A stretch of 64,000 nt of DNA from an uncultured Parcubacteria group bacterium (GCA_947084965.1 CAMTUG010000004.1:23490-87489), one strand, 5' to 3'. Shown: positions 1 to 10,037, counted from the stretch's first letter. Numbers and translations are program-made. Notes: generated from the letters alone by a model not told the origin.

Positions 1-1
1 C

Positions 2-106
2 CGGGTTAAGGGTCGCGATCACGATACCGATCAAGATGGCGATGAGCGCCATGACGATCAAGATTTCGAGAAGGGTGAAACCTTGAAGGCGTTTTGAGAC
101 GTACAT
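2..106 (-). CDS. Type IV pilin-like protein (N-terminal part; runs off window edge)
   Basis: Manual translation MYVSKRLQGFTLLEILIVMALIAILIGIVIATLNP; G|FTLLE prepilin cleavage motif; not in ORF track. Confidence 0.85.
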   Translation of the reverse strand, partial: MYVSKRLQGFTLLEILIVMALIAILIGIVIATLNP

Positions 107-228
107 AGTGCGTCGGGATTAGTTATCCACTTATTAATAGAACTATCATAGCAAACTTTTTAGAAGATCCATAGCGTTCAAACGAAAAGTTGGGTATAAT
201 TCTTTTATCTCTCTAGGAGGAGAATTTT

Positions 229-1512
229 ATGAAGAAGAAAATAGAAAAGCAAAGCAGCGCTGCCAACCTTGAAGAAATCATCAAGCTCAACATCCAGGAA
301 TCACGAAAATCAAAGACGCTCGAAGGCTTGCAGGACTTAGAACGTGCCACCATCAAAGACGTCGCCGACGGTATCATCCGCTACGCTTATCAGGCGTCCG
401 CGTCCGATGTGCACATCGATCCGGACGAAAGCTATATCGTCATCCGTTATCGTATCGACGGCATTTTGCACGACGTCTTAATGCTCCCCAAAAAGGTCCA
501 TCCGATGCTTCTCACCAGGTTCAAAGTTCTTTCTGAACTGCGCACCGACGAACACCTGGCCGCCCAGGACGGACGCTTCCGACTTATTTTTGATGATTTG
601 CCGATTGACGTGCGCGTATCGATCACCCCGACGTATCACGGAGAAAACGCGGTTATGCGTCTGCTCGTCGGTCACGTCAAGGCACTCGCCCTCGAAGAAT
701 TAGGGTTCGCTGACCGCGACTTGGAAAAGGTCCTGGCTAACATCCGTAAATCCTACGGGATGATTTTGGCGACTGGACCGACCGGTTCAGGAAAAACCAC
801 GTCGCTCTACTCTATTCTTCAGCTGTTGAATACCCGCGAGCGTTCGATCATTACGATTGAAGACCCGATCGAATACGCCGTCGGAGGGATCACACAAATT
901 CCGGTCAACGTCCGTACCAACCTAACCTTTGCCCACGGCTTGCGCTCCATCGTTCGCCAAGACCCAAACATCATCATGGTCGGGGAAATTCGTGACGAAG
1001 AAACGGCAGGGGTGGCTGTGAACGCGGCGATGACCGGGCACTTGCTTTTATCGACCCTCCACACCAACGACGCCGCCGTAACCTTGCCGCGCCTGCTCGA
1101 TATGGGGATCGAGCCGTTCTTAATCGCTTCGACGGTCAATATTGCTATTGGTCAGCGTTTGGTGCGCAAACTCTGCACAACATGCGCGACGCACCGCAAA
1201 ATGACAAAAGAAGAGCGGGAGAGCTTAACCACCTTCATCCCTGCCGACGTCTTGGATGAATATGACACGTTCTACGAACCGGTCGGCTGTGAGGCTTGCA
1301 ATCGCACGGGCTACTACGGCCGCATCGGTATTTATGAAGTGCTAGAAATTTCGGAAGAGATTCGTCGGTTGATTATGAAACAGGAAAATGCGGACACGAT
1401 CCGCAAACAGGCGGTGTCTGAAGGGATGACCACGATGATCGTTGATGGAATTAAAAAAGCCTCTTCCGGGATTACATCGATCGCCGAAATTCTTCGCGTG
1501 ATCCACGAGTAA
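229..1512 (+). CDS. pilB: GspE/PilB family pilus assembly ATPase
   Basis: ASDVHID, GPTGSGKTT Walker A, TIEDPIEY, RQDPNIIMVGEIRD, CxxC..CxxC, GRIGIYE. Confidence 0.93.
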   Translation: MKKKIEKQSSAANLEEIIKLNIQESRKSKTLEGLQDLERATIKDVADGIIRYAYQASASDVHIDPDESYIVIRYRIDGILHDVLMLPKKVHPMLLTRFKVLSELRTDEHLAAQDGRFRLIFDDLPIDVRVSITPTYHGENAVMRLLVGHVKALALEELGFADRDLEKVLANIRKSYGMILATGPTGSGKTTSLYSILQLLNTRERSIITIEDPIEYAVGGITQIPVNVRTNLTFAHGLRSIVRQDPNIIMVGEIRDEETAGVAVNAAMTGHLLLSTLHTNDAAVTLPRLLDMGIEPFLIASTVNIAIGQRLVRKLCTTCATHRKMTKEERESLTTFIPADVLDEYDTFYEPVGCEACNRTGYYGRIGIYEVLEISEEIRRLIMKQENADTIRKQAVSEGMTTMIVDGIKKASSGITSIAEILRVIHE

Positions 1513-1513
1513 T

Positions 1514-2614
1514 ATGGCTAAACAGAAAGTAGAAAAACGCCCTTGGTCAACAAAAGTTTCGCGCTTTGGACGGATCTCTTCAAAAGAACGGATCGCCTTT
1601 TTTAAATACTTGGGCATCATGACCGAGTCCGGAGTTCCGCTCGAAAAAAGTTTGATGGCGATCCATGCCCAGGCTCGTACGCAGACGATGCACAACGCCC
1701 TGCACCTGATGTTGAATGACGTTTCCTCTGGTGAATTCCTCTCAAGCAGCATGGAAAAGATGCCCCAGCTTTTCGATAAGTTAACGATTCAACTGGTCGC
1801 CGTTGGCGAGGAATCCGGAACGCTGACCCAAAGCTTCATTCGCATCAGTGAATACTTGGAAAAATCACGCGACGTGCGTGGCAAGATCCAATCTGCGCTC
1901 CTCTACCCGCTGATCGTGGTCGGCGGCACACTGACGATCAGTTCCTACATGATTTTTGTCCTTCTGCCGCAGCTGCGTCCGCTCTTCACTTCGCTCAAGG
2001 TGACGTTACCATGGACAACGGCGATGCTCTTTGCTTTTTCTGATTTCATCACTGGCTATGGCCTGTGGGTCCTGTTGGCTGGAATCTTGCTCGTCGTGTT
2101 GCTCTTTTTCTTGCACCGCATTGAGTCGGTGCGGTATGTGCTCGACGCCGCTGCATTGCACCTGCCGGTCATCGGCAACCTCATGAAACGCGCCCAGATC
2201 AGCCAATTCTCGCGCATTATCTCAACCCTTATTAAATCCGGGATTACGATCGACGAATCGTTTAAAATTGCCAGCCTCGCGCTCGACAATCGTGTTTATC
2301 AACGCGCGCTGTCCAACATCGCCGGTTCCTTCCAGCAGGGACAATCCGTTTCCGACTATCTGCTTAATAGCCAAGCGCTCTTCCCTCCGTTTGTCAGCCA
2401 GATGGTCAGCGTCGGTGAAGAAACGGGACGATTGGACGAAAGTTTCCGCTACTTGGCCGATTTCTCTGAACGCGAAGTGGACGACGCCACCAAAACGCTG
2501 ACCACCGTTCTTGAACCAGCGATGATGATCTTTGTCGGTTTACTCGTCGGCTTCATCGCCATCTCGATCATCACTCCGATTTATCAGCTGACCCAAGGAA
2601 TTCAAGCTCGCTAG
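1514..2614 (+). CDS. pilC: GspF/PilC platform protein
   Basis: Two T2SSF repeats (GEESGTL, GEETGRL), ALLYP, LEP motifs; follows ATPase. Confidence 0.92.
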   Translation: MAKQKVEKRPWSTKVSRFGRISSKERIAFFKYLGIMTESGVPLEKSLMAIHAQARTQTMHNALHLMLNDVSSGEFLSSSMEKMPQLFDKLTIQLVAVGEESGTLTQSFIRISEYLEKSRDVRGKIQSALLYPLIVVGGTLTISSYMIFVLLPQLRPLFTSLKVTLPWTTAMLFAFSDFITGYGLWVLLAGILLVVLLFFLHRIESVRYVLDAAALHLPVIGNLMKRAQISQFSRIISTLIKSGITIDESFKIASLALDNRVYQRALSNIAGSFQQGQSVSDYLLNSQALFPPFVSQMVSVGEETGRLDESFRYLADFSEREVDDATKTLTTVLEPAMMIFVGLLVGFIAISIITPIYQLTQGIQAR

Positions 2615-2615
2615 T

Positions 2616-3047
2616 ATGCTGCGCGGTTTTACCCTCATTGAAATCCTGATCGTCATGGGGATCGCCGCCATTCTAGCCGGACTTGCCGCGACCTGGTCCT
2701 TTGATTACGTCCGCTCACAGCGGGTCGAGTCAGCAGCCCGATTCATCCTAGCCGATCTCACCCAAGCCCAAACAGACGCCTACACCCAAGCAAACGACTC
2801 TGCACACGGTGTTCTGATTGAAAGCGACCAAACAACCCGATTTGAAGGCGACAGCTACGCCACTCGTACGGTCTCTGCCGATGTTGTAAATCCGTATCCG
2901 TCACCCGTCACCGTTTCCGGATTAACCGAAGTTGTCTTCCCTGCCGGAGCGCTCGCTCCTGTGGCCGGTGGGGCGATCACCATTTCTAGCGACGACAAAA
3001 CGTTCACCATCACTGTTTCCGATTATGGTTTACTCAGCATCGAATAA
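2616..3047 (+). CDS. Minor pilin (FimT/GspH-like)
   Basis: RG|FTLIEILIV prepilin motif. Confidence 0.85.
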   Translation: MLRGFTLIEILIVMGIAAILAGLAATWSFDYVRSQRVESAARFILADLTQAQTDAYTQANDSAHGVLIESDQTTRFEGDSYATRTVSADVVNPYPSPVTVSGLTEVVFPAGALAPVAGGAITISSDDKTFTITVSDYGLLSIE

Positions 3048-4458
3048 AGGCCAGTCCACGATCGAAGTCATGTTTGCCGTAGCTATTTTCGTCATCATGG
3101 CTGTCTCTGTGTTCACGCTCTTCGGGGTGATCCTGACACAAGGCAATCTCGGCCAGGAGCGCCAGCAAGCACGGTCGCTCTTGGCCGAGGGGCTGGAGGC
3201 AACGCGACAGATCCGCAATCAAAACTGGGATGATCTCTCCGTCGGAACGCACGGACTCGCTCTCACCACCCACTGGGGATTTAGCGGATCAGAAGATCTG
3301 ACCGGGATTTATCACCGCAGCGTGACGGTCACAGAAACAAACGATGATGAGCGCCAAGTTGAAGTTGAAATCCGTTGGGAATCAGCGAGCGGCCGTACGC
3401 TCACCGTAAGCGGATCGACGATTCTTAGTAATTGGTTGACCTACGGTTTCACGGTCGCTGGAACGAGCAACTGTGAAGCGTCATCGTCATTCACGGGCGA
3501 CTGGACCAATCCGGTGGCGGTCGGTAGTGGCGATATCGGTCCAGGAAACCAAGGAACGGACGTGGCCGTAGATTATCCGTACGCCTTTATTTCAGGGGTC
3601 GCCGCCAGTTCGTCAAAACCTGACCTCTTTGTCTTTGACGTCAGTAACCCCGCTTCTCCCACGCTGGTCCTCGAAGTAAACACGGGAAGTTCGGGGATTC
3701 AGACCCTGTCGATCGAAGGCGATTATCTCTACGCCGCATCCGCCAACGACAGTAGCGAGCTGATGATCTTTGATATCAGCAATCCGCTTACAACAAGCAA
3801 AATTGGCGGGGCTAACATCAGTGGAAGTGCCGACGGGGCGACGATCATCGCCGGTGAAGGATGGGTCGCCTTAGGCATGACCTCGAGCGGCCTGCATGAC
3901 CTCTTTATTTATGATGTGGGCGATCCTGCCACACCCAGCTTAGTCGGAAGCTTTGAAGTCGGTGCAGGAGTCACCGACCTCGCGGCGTATGAATCCACAC
4001 TCTATGTCGCGACGAGTTATGCCACCGGGGATCTTTTCCTTGTGGACATGACCGATCCGATCTTCCCTGTTTCTCTCAGCACTTATAACGTCTCTGGAGC
4101 CAGTGGCCTGACGGGCGTGGCGTATAACTATCCGAACACCCTCATCGCCGGTGACGGAACGGGTAGGCTGTATATTTTAGACGTCACTGATCCATTGGCG
4201 ATCACCGAAACGGCAAACTACTACACCGGCAGTACGATCAACGATATCTTCTGTGTGGTGGACGACCTCGCCTTTGCCGGCACAACCAACAGCACAAAAG
4301 AATTCTTAGTTCTCGACATCTCCGATTTCGCCGCGATCACCGAAGCGACCTCTATCAATTTCCCGCAAATGGCGACCGGACTCGACTTCGCAGAAAATTA
4401 CGTCTTCATCTCCCTGCGCAGTAATGATGCCCTGCGTATTGTCACTTCAACACCGTAG
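3025..4458 (+). CDS. Pilin-like protein with C-terminal LVIVD beta-propeller repeats (putative tip adhesin)
   Basis: Start moved to ATG 3025 (KG|QSTIEVMFA); repeated LFVFDVSNP / LMIFDISNP / LFIYDVGDP / LYILDVTDP units. Confidence 0.8.
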   Translation: MVYSASNKGQSTIEVMFAVAIFVIMAVSVFTLFGVILTQGNLGQERQQARSLLAEGLEATRQIRNQNWDDLSVGTHGLALTTHWGFSGSEDLTGIYHRSVTVTETNDDERQVEVEIRWESASGRTLTVSGSTILSNWLTYGFTVAGTSNCEASSSFTGDWTNPVAVGSGDIGPGNQGTDVAVDYPYAFISGVAASSSKPDLFVFDVSNPASPTLVLEVNTGSSGIQTLSIEGDYLYAASANDSSELMIFDISNPLTTSKIGGANISGSADGATIIAGEGWVALGMTSSGLHDLFIYDVGDPATPSLVGSFEVGAGVTDLAAYESTLYVATSYATGDLFLVDMTDPIFPVSLSTYNVSGASGLTGVAYNYPNTLIAGDGTGRLYILDVTDPLAITETANYYTGSTINDIFCVVDDLAFAGTTNSTKEFLVLDISDFAAITEATSINFPQMATGLDFAENYVFISLRSNDALRIVTSTP

Positions 4459-4467
4459 CCGGAACGT

Positions 4468-4947
4468 ATGAAAGGATTTCTCCTGGTGGAAACACTCATT
4501 TACACCGCCCTGCTTGCATTGATCACCTCTGTGCTTGCATCGATCTACGTTTCCGGGATGGATACGCGTTCCCTAATTGAAGGCCAACAACGAGTGCTGC
4601 AAACGAGCCAGTTCGTCGAGCAAGCCATCCTTCACCGGCTGGAGCAAGCGACACTCGTCAATGTCCCGTCTTCGGCCGGGGTGAGTGACACCCTCTCGAT
4701 CGACTCCCCAACCGCCGCAGATGATCCGGTCATCTTCGCAATCACCGATGAAACGTTGACCATGACTCTGGGAGCTGGGGCACCGATCGCGTTAACGACG
4801 GATGTTACGGTTCAAGAGTTTACGGTCACCCGCCTGAGCGGTTCACCCGCTTCGCTGAGCATCGAAGTGACGTATCAAACGACGACGTCATCTGGGGCAA
4901 GCCCAACGATGACTTCGACGATCCCCTACACCTTCCGCTATGAATAA
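4468..4947 (+). CDS. Minor pilin (PilW/GspJ-like)
   Basis: MKG|FLLVETLIY prepilin motif. Confidence 0.78.
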   Translation: MKGFLLVETLIYTALLALITSVLASIYVSGMDTRSLIEGQQRVLQTSQFVEQAILHRLEQATLVNVPSSAGVSDTLSIDSPTAADDPVIFAITDETLTMTLGAGAPIALTTDVTVQEFTVTRLSGSPASLSIEVTYQTTTSSGASPTMTSTIPYTFRYE

Positions 4948-5332
4948 TCAACGAGGATTCACCCTCATTTTGAGCACCATCATCATCTCCACCGTCTTCC
5001 TCCTGATCGGCATCACCACCGCCAATCAGCTGTTTGGTCAGATAGAAAACACGCTCGGCGGAGAAGACTTTTTTCAGGCCAAAATCCTGGCTGAAGGATG
5101 CGCCGACGCCGCTTTGATCGAACTGTCGTACGACAGCGCCTATAACGGAAACGAAATGCGGACGATCAACGGAGCGTCCTGCACGATCCGTCCTGTAACT
5201 ACCAGCGGGCCTACAGCGACGATCGAAACAGAAGCCGAAGTCAACGACCGCATCTATCGACTCCGCGTCGAAGTTTCCAACACCAATCCCCCGATCACCG
5301 TCTCTTCTTGGCAACGAGTGACAACGTTTTAA
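4940..5332 (+). CDS. PilX-like minor pilin
   Basis: QRG|FTLILS lacking Glu5; AKILAEGC motif; last gene of operon. Confidence 0.7.
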   Translation: MNNQRGFTLILSTIIISTVFLLIGITTANQLFGQIENTLGGEDFFQAKILAEGCADAALIELSYDSAYNGNEMRTINGASCTIRPVTTSGPTATIETEAEVNDRIYRLRVEVSNTNPPITVSSWQRVTTF

Positions 5333-5379
5333 CTGGACATTTTTTCTTTTTGCTGTACGGTTCCCTTTAAGGAGGTCCC

Positions 5380-5847
5380 ATGCGCGATGCTGTGCTCGTC
5401 TTTCTTCTGCGGCGACGGTCCGTGGCGCTTGGGCGAAAGCTCAAATACATCGTGGCCGGATACCGCACCAGCGCCGGCGGAAAAATCGAACCGGGCGAAA
5501 CACCCGAACAGGCCGCCAAACGTGAAACGAGTGAGGAGGCCGGCGCTGAAACGCACCTTCTGCTGTACCGCGGGGTGGTCGAGATCGAGAACATCGATCA
5601 CTCGGACTGGAACTGTCGCCTGCACCTCTACATCTGCCGCGAATTCGATGGTGAGCCGACGAACAGCGATGAGATCATCGACTGGCAGTGGTACGACATT
5701 GACAACCTGCCATGGGGCGAGATCCGTCCTTCGGACCGCACCTGGCTCGAGGCGATCCTCGTCCACGACGAGATCGTCGCGTTGCGCTGCGTAGTACAGA
5801 ACAATCAGCTCGTGAGCTGTCAGATCCTCGACGGCCCACTTCCATGA
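5380..5847 (+). CDS. NUDIX hydrolase (8-oxo-dGTPase-like)
   Basis: Nudix box GGKIEPGETPEQAAKRETSEEAG; SD AAGGAGG upstream. Confidence 0.88.
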   Translation: MRDAVLVFLLRRRSVALGRKLKYIVAGYRTSAGGKIEPGETPEQAAKRETSEEAGAETHLLLYRGVVEIENIDHSDWNCRLHLYICREFDGEPTNSDEIIDWQWYDIDNLPWGEIRPSDRTWLEAILVHDEIVALRCVVQNNQLVSCQILDGPLP

Positions 5848-5862
5848 GCTCACCCTTCAAGC

Positions 5863-5887
5863 GCCGGCGCGGCCACTCCCCGCCGGC
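5863..5887 (+). terminator. 3' hairpin with CCACT loop (NCACT family)
   Basis: gccggcg-cgg CCACT ccc-cgccggc, then tttgaaatttt. Confidence 0.55.
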
Positions 5888-5950
5888 TTTGAAATTTTTG
5901 ACCGTTTGGTTCTCCTCGGAACAGAAAAATCTCCAACGTATGTTGAAGAT

Positions 5951-5983
5951 TTTTCTGGTGAACCGAAAGCTAGCTTAACCGAA
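5951..5983. other. Left attachment site (att)
   Basis: ttttcTGGTGAaccgaaagct; on the minus strand TCACCA-gaaaaat resembles a tRNA 3' end and flank (compare tRNA-Pro 27510-27519). Confidence 0.7.
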
Positions 5984-6134
5984 TACTTGGAGAAAAATAA
6001 GGAAAAGCTCGTATTACTTCAGTTTAATTACTCTTTGGCGTAAACGTAGTTTTGAAAAGAAACAGCGCACCCACGGAAGTCGGCGGGCACTCACGTGGGT
6101 GGTGAGCTGTCTCCGCCGCGCGTAGGTGCGCGAG

Positions 6135-6296
6135 CTAGTATTCGTTGGTAGTGGCTCTCCTGCACGGAACCATCGCCCTTCCGACGAAACAGAGAGTGTC
6201 TTCGTACACCACCTCCTGGATTGGTGGCGATGTCTTGATGCGCTCATCTTCAGCCGTGAGGCCGAGCCAGAGCAGGATGATGACGACGAGCTCCAT
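6135..6296 (-). CDS. Small secreted/membrane hypothetical protein (53 aa)
   Basis: MELVVIILLWLGLTAEDE...; TGATG coupling with upstream gene; below ORF-track cutoff. Confidence 0.5.
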   Translation of the reverse strand: MELVVIILLWLGLTAEDERIKTSPPIQEVVYEDTLCFVGRAMVPCRRATTNEY

Positions 6297-6457
6297 CACG
6301 TCACCATCTTGGAAGTGGCCGAGACGGCCAGCGCTCGATCGAGGAAGACGACCATGAGCGCGAACAGGATCATGGCCGCCAGGTACTCGATAGGGGTGGA
6401 CGCGTCCTGGGGGGAGATGAGCTTCTCCCAGTACGCGCTGAGCGTGTGAAGCATCAT
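6296..6457 (-). CDS. Small membrane protein (53 aa)
   Basis: SD AGGAGG, TGATG overlap, one hydrophobic helix (YLAAMILFALMVVFL). Confidence 0.55.
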   Translation of the reverse strand: MMLHTLSAYWEKLISPQDASTPIEYLAAMILFALMVVFLDRALAVSATSKMVT

Positions 6458-6918
6458 CACTTCACCTCCTTGTCGATCGGGTAGTGGATGATCAGGGCGT
6501 GCCTGGAGTCGGTCGTGGCCAGGAGGTAGTCGCCCGTCGCGTCCACGACCCACTGCGGGTCGGTGACGTGCGAGCGCTGCCAGGTGCCTCGCTCGAAGCG
6601 AAGCTCCTGTCCCACGTGCATGATCTTGACCCGCCCGTCGGACTCGACCTTCCAGTGTGCGTCTGTCCTGGACATCAGGTTGCATGGCTCGGCGTCGTCA
6701 CACCACTGCCGAAGTTCGACATCGCACGGAGCTCCGTCGACGAGCACTTGATGGACAGGGATGTAGGCCTTGGGCTCGTCGGATCCCGTGCAGCCATTGA
6801 GCAGGCCGATGATGGCGCCTCCCGTCGGCAGGATGACGGCCAGGACGAGCAGACCTCCGCCAAAGAAGTGCTTGGCTACTTCACCCCAGTACTCGATTTC
6901 CCACATGATCCTTTCCAT
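6457..6918 (-). CDS. Membrane-anchored hypothetical protein, GC-rich
   Basis: Likely start MERIMWEIEY with GGAG SD; N-terminal hydrophobic segment; Cys-containing C-terminal region. Confidence 0.6.
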   Translation of the reverse strand: MERIMWEIEYWGEVAKHFFGGGLLVLAVILPTGGAIIGLLNGCTGSDEPKAYIPVHQVLVDGAPCDVELRQWCDDAEPCNLMSRTDAHWKVESDGRVKIMHVGQELRFERGTWQRSHVTDPQWVVDATGDYLLATTDSRHALIIHYPIDKEVK

Positions 6919-7085
6919 GCTTGCTCCCAGCGAAGATTTCGCTAGAGGGTCGGCTATCCCAGCCGTAGGGTTCGCTCCGAGGGAGACGACAAAGTAAGAT
7001 AACAACAGCGAAGCGTTTTGTCCAGCGTTTTACTGGATTCTTTTGAAGAAATGCTGGATAATGTGAGTAATTTTATCTTAGCAAC

Positions 7086-7862
7086 ATGAAACTCGGGGAA
7101 AAAACACAAATTACCCTTTTGATCGTCGGCTTCGTGGCATTTTTAGCTGTTGTCGTGTGTTTGTTGGCAAATGGCACCCAGCTTTCAGAGGGATTCAGAG
7201 AATCATTGATCGTTGAGTTGATCGGGGCGGGATTTGTGACTCTCTTCGTTTCTCTTGCGATGGCCTTGATCCAGCACCTTTTTGCGGCGAATGTAGAGAA
7301 GATTAGAGCAAAAAGAGAATCTCTAGCATGGATAGAAGAGATCATGGAGCCAGAATTCAAATCCGAATTTGAAAAGGGTGCCACGCCTTGGAACATGCAC
7401 GAGCGAGAGGATGCGGCGTTTTATTTTCACGACTCGCCCATTAACCGCATATACGACCTCATAATGCGACACCATGAAAACATCGTGAAGTGTGCGGGTC
7501 CAAGTGACTCCATGTTTTTGGCGCGTCTTTTGGAGATCAAACGGATTGTTGAAGCAGGTCGTAGTGTTGGCAGTAAAATTGATCTCGATTTGCGAAACAG
7601 AGTACGTTCGTTTAACAAAAATAGAAATGCAAATTCCGCAAATGACGGGTCGTTGTTTGTATACGCAAGAGCAAAGATTTTTTCCAATCTGACCGAAGCG
7701 AAGATTTTGGAGTATGTCGAATATGGCAATGACCAAATCCGCACGGAGTTTATGAAGACGCTGGACGATAACACGACCAACACCTGGCGTGAGAAAATTG
7801 GAATCTACACCGCCTCTCTCAAAGGCGCGCTATACAAAATGGGTTACCGAGCTGACAAGTAA
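7086..7862 (+). CDS. Hypothetical protein with two N-terminal TM helices
   Basis: 258-aa ORF, two hydrophobic helices then a soluble helical region; island cargo. Confidence 0.7.
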   Translation: MKLGEKTQITLLIVGFVAFLAVVVCLLANGTQLSEGFRESLIVELIGAGFVTLFVSLAMALIQHLFAANVEKIRAKRESLAWIEEIMEPEFKSEFEKGATPWNMHEREDAAFYFHDSPINRIYDLIMRHHENIVKCAGPSDSMFLARLLEIKRIVEAGRSVGSKIDLDLRNRVRSFNKNRNANSANDGSLFVYARAKIFSNLTEAKILEYVEYGNDQIRTEFMKTLDDNTTNTWREKIGIYTASLKGALYKMGYRADK

Positions 7863-7877
7863 ATTAATGTTGATTTT

Positions 7878-8720
7878 TTATTGTCTCTCAATATTTTTTC
7901 TTTCGTGTTCATCGATAGCAAGATAGATCGCGTCAACCGTAATAATTTTCGCCAATCCTAGATGCCCTTCGATCTTTGCCAAATCACCCTGACTCAACCC
8001 AGCGTTCTCGTCCTTTTCTCTATGCAAAAATTTAGTAACGATTCCAAGTAAGTAAGCCTTCTTGATGGGTTTTGTGCCTTCGATATGCATGAACTGTGGT
8101 TTGCAAAAAACTGGTCCACCGCTATTGCCTGGAAAAACTGGAGCATCCAAGTAAATGATGTTTTGTTTTAGGGATTCTGAATCAAGACGAGCTATCAGGC
8201 CACCTCGGCAAATAGCATAATTCTTTACTTCACCACGTAGTCCTAACGGGAACCCCAGGAAGAATACTTCATCACCCGAACAGAGGCCGACCTCTTCGTA
8301 ATCTTGGGAGCGAAGCGCCGTTTCAGTATCAATAATTTCGACGAAATCTATTCCGTTGTCACGCAATACCCTCGTCTGTATCGGGATAACAGCAACATCG
8401 ATTTCATTCGAAGGAAAACTGAAGTTTGCACCATTAGCCCCCGTGTAGAGAGGCAATTGAAAACTTTGAGTCGTTTCTTCCCCGAGCCGATCAAAACGTA
8501 AGAAAATCTCTTTTTTCTGGGAGGATTGATCGATGCCATTTTTGTAAATGACATGTTTTGCGGTCACAAGGTAGGATTTCACCTCAAATCTTGTATCGTC
8601 GATTTTTTCGATGACCTTACTGAAAAGAAAGCCTGTCCCAATCGGCTGAAGTACGCCAAAGGCATCGGGGTAGTCAATTGAAACCACGCACTTTAGGTAT
8701 CCAGGAGGAAGTAGCGCCAT
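7878..8720 (-). CDS. Trypsin-like serine protease (no signal peptide)
   Basis: GTGF, VTAKHV (His), IDVAVI (Asp), PGNSGGP (Ser); start at ATG 8720. Confidence 0.88.
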   Translation of the reverse strand: MALLPPGYLKCVVSIDYPDAFGVLQPIGTGFLFSKVIEKIDDTRFEVKSYLVTAKHVIYKNGIDQSSQKKEIFLRFDRLGEETTQSFQLPLYTGANGANFSFPSNEIDVAVIPIQTRVLRDNGIDFVEIIDTETALRSQDYEEVGLCSGDEVFFLGFPLGLRGEVKNYAICRGGLIARLDSESLKQNIIYLDAPVFPGNSGGPVFCKPQFMHIEGTKPIKKAYLLGIVTKFLHREKDENAGLSQGDLAKIEGHLGLAKIITVDAIYLAIDEHERKNIERQ

Positions 8721-8774
8721 ATAATAGACAACCCCAACATTTTGCAATAAAATTCAACAATAATCAACACTTGT

Positions 8775-10037
8775 ATGCGTTTTCCAACAGAAGCCTCCCT
8801 CAGCGATTTGAGTCTCGATAAATTTGGGCATCGAGAACTGGCCAAAAACCTTGTAGCAAATGTTTTTTTGGAGATGGAGCTTCCGAACACCTTTGGCATA
8901 TACGGAAATTGGGGAACGGGAAAATCAACCTTCTTGCAGGCAGTCCAAGGGGAACTTACAAACAATGCAGATGCAAGAGACATACTTGCTATCAGATTTG
9001 ATCCGTGGAAATACGAGTACGCTGATCATATTGATCTGTTTACAGCTTTGATAAGTGATTTCAGAGAGCAGGCTAAAATTCCAAAAACAAATGAGGTTTG
9101 GAATGATCTCACAAGCGCAATGCTTGGCATATCAACTTCTATCTTCAAAAAACTGCTCCATAAAGCAAGTGCAGGGATGCTTGATGTGGATGACATGCGC
9201 GCCGAGGCTAATCTGGCCGCTACGGCATTTCCCGAGGATCAATTTGAACAAGCCGATCTGGTTCAACAACTGCGTGGAAAGCTCAACAATCTCATACAGG
9301 TTGCTCTTACGGAGAACACGAAAAAGCGCGTTTGCATCTTCATCGATGATCTTGACCGATGCTCCCCAGAGCATACAGTTACACTTTTGGAAGCGATAAA
9401 AAACTTTCTACTTACCAGCAACGTACTATTCGTTTTTGCACTGGACCGTCGCATCGTTTCTGAGATGATCGAGAAAAAATATGGTCTGCACTCTGGCTAT
9501 GGGGACGAATATCTAACAAAAATTATTCAGTACTCGCTCACACTTCCCGCGCCAACTCATGAAGGTATTTTGAGCGATATCCTTGCTGATCACCTCATTG
9601 AAATGCCGAAGGACACACAGGGTTGGATTATCAGATTTACCAATAGATTCGCGAATGAAACACGAAAATTCAAACAATTGGTTTACCAGTTAATTACGCA
9701 AGCAAAATTGGGAGGCATTGATCTTTCAAAAGACGCTCCGCTTGATACTACAAGTCTATTCTGTGCTATTTATTTGAAGTCTCGTTTTCCAAAACTTTTT
9801 CATGTCAGTCGAAAAGCGGCTCTTGAAAACATTAAAACCTATGGTTCTATGATTTCGGCTGAAACTGATAATAAGCCAGAAAAAGCTCGTGACTTCGCAA
9901 GTCAGTTGGGCATATCGGGGGAAGAGAGAAAAATATTGACTGAATTGTTTATTTTCCAAATGCCAAACAACAAAGGGCTCATGAACGAGAATCGTCATAA
10001 GCTCGAGGAAGCAGGTTTTTCGAGAATGATCGATTAG
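8775..10037 (+). CDS. KAP family P-loop NTPase
   Basis: D.FGH, GNWGTGKST, FDPWKY, IFIDDLDRC, YLTKIIQ motifs. Confidence 0.9.
   Translation: MRFPTEASLSDLSLDKFGHRELAKNLVANVFLEMELPNTFGIYGNWGTGKSTFLQAVQGELTNNADARDILAIRFDPWKYEYADHIDLFTALISDFREQAKIPKTNEVWNDLTSAMLGISTSIFKKLLHKASAGMLDVDDMRAEANLAATAFPEDQFEQADLVQQLRGKLNNLIQVALTENTKKRVCIFIDDLDRCSPEHTVTLLEAIKNFLLTSNVLFVFALDRRIVSEMIEKKYGLHSGYGDEYLTKIIQYSLTLPAPTHEGILSDILADHLIEMPKDTQGWIIRFTNRFANETRKFKQLVYQLITQAKLGGIDLSKDAPLDTTSLFCAIYLKSRFPKLFHVSRKAALENIKTYGSMISAETDNKPEKARDFASQLGISGEERKILTELFIFQMPNNKGLMNENRHKLEEAGFSRMID

Noticed and set aside
122-131. DnaA-box-like TTATCCACT as an origin
   Set aside because: Single imperfect box, no cluster or dnaA nearby
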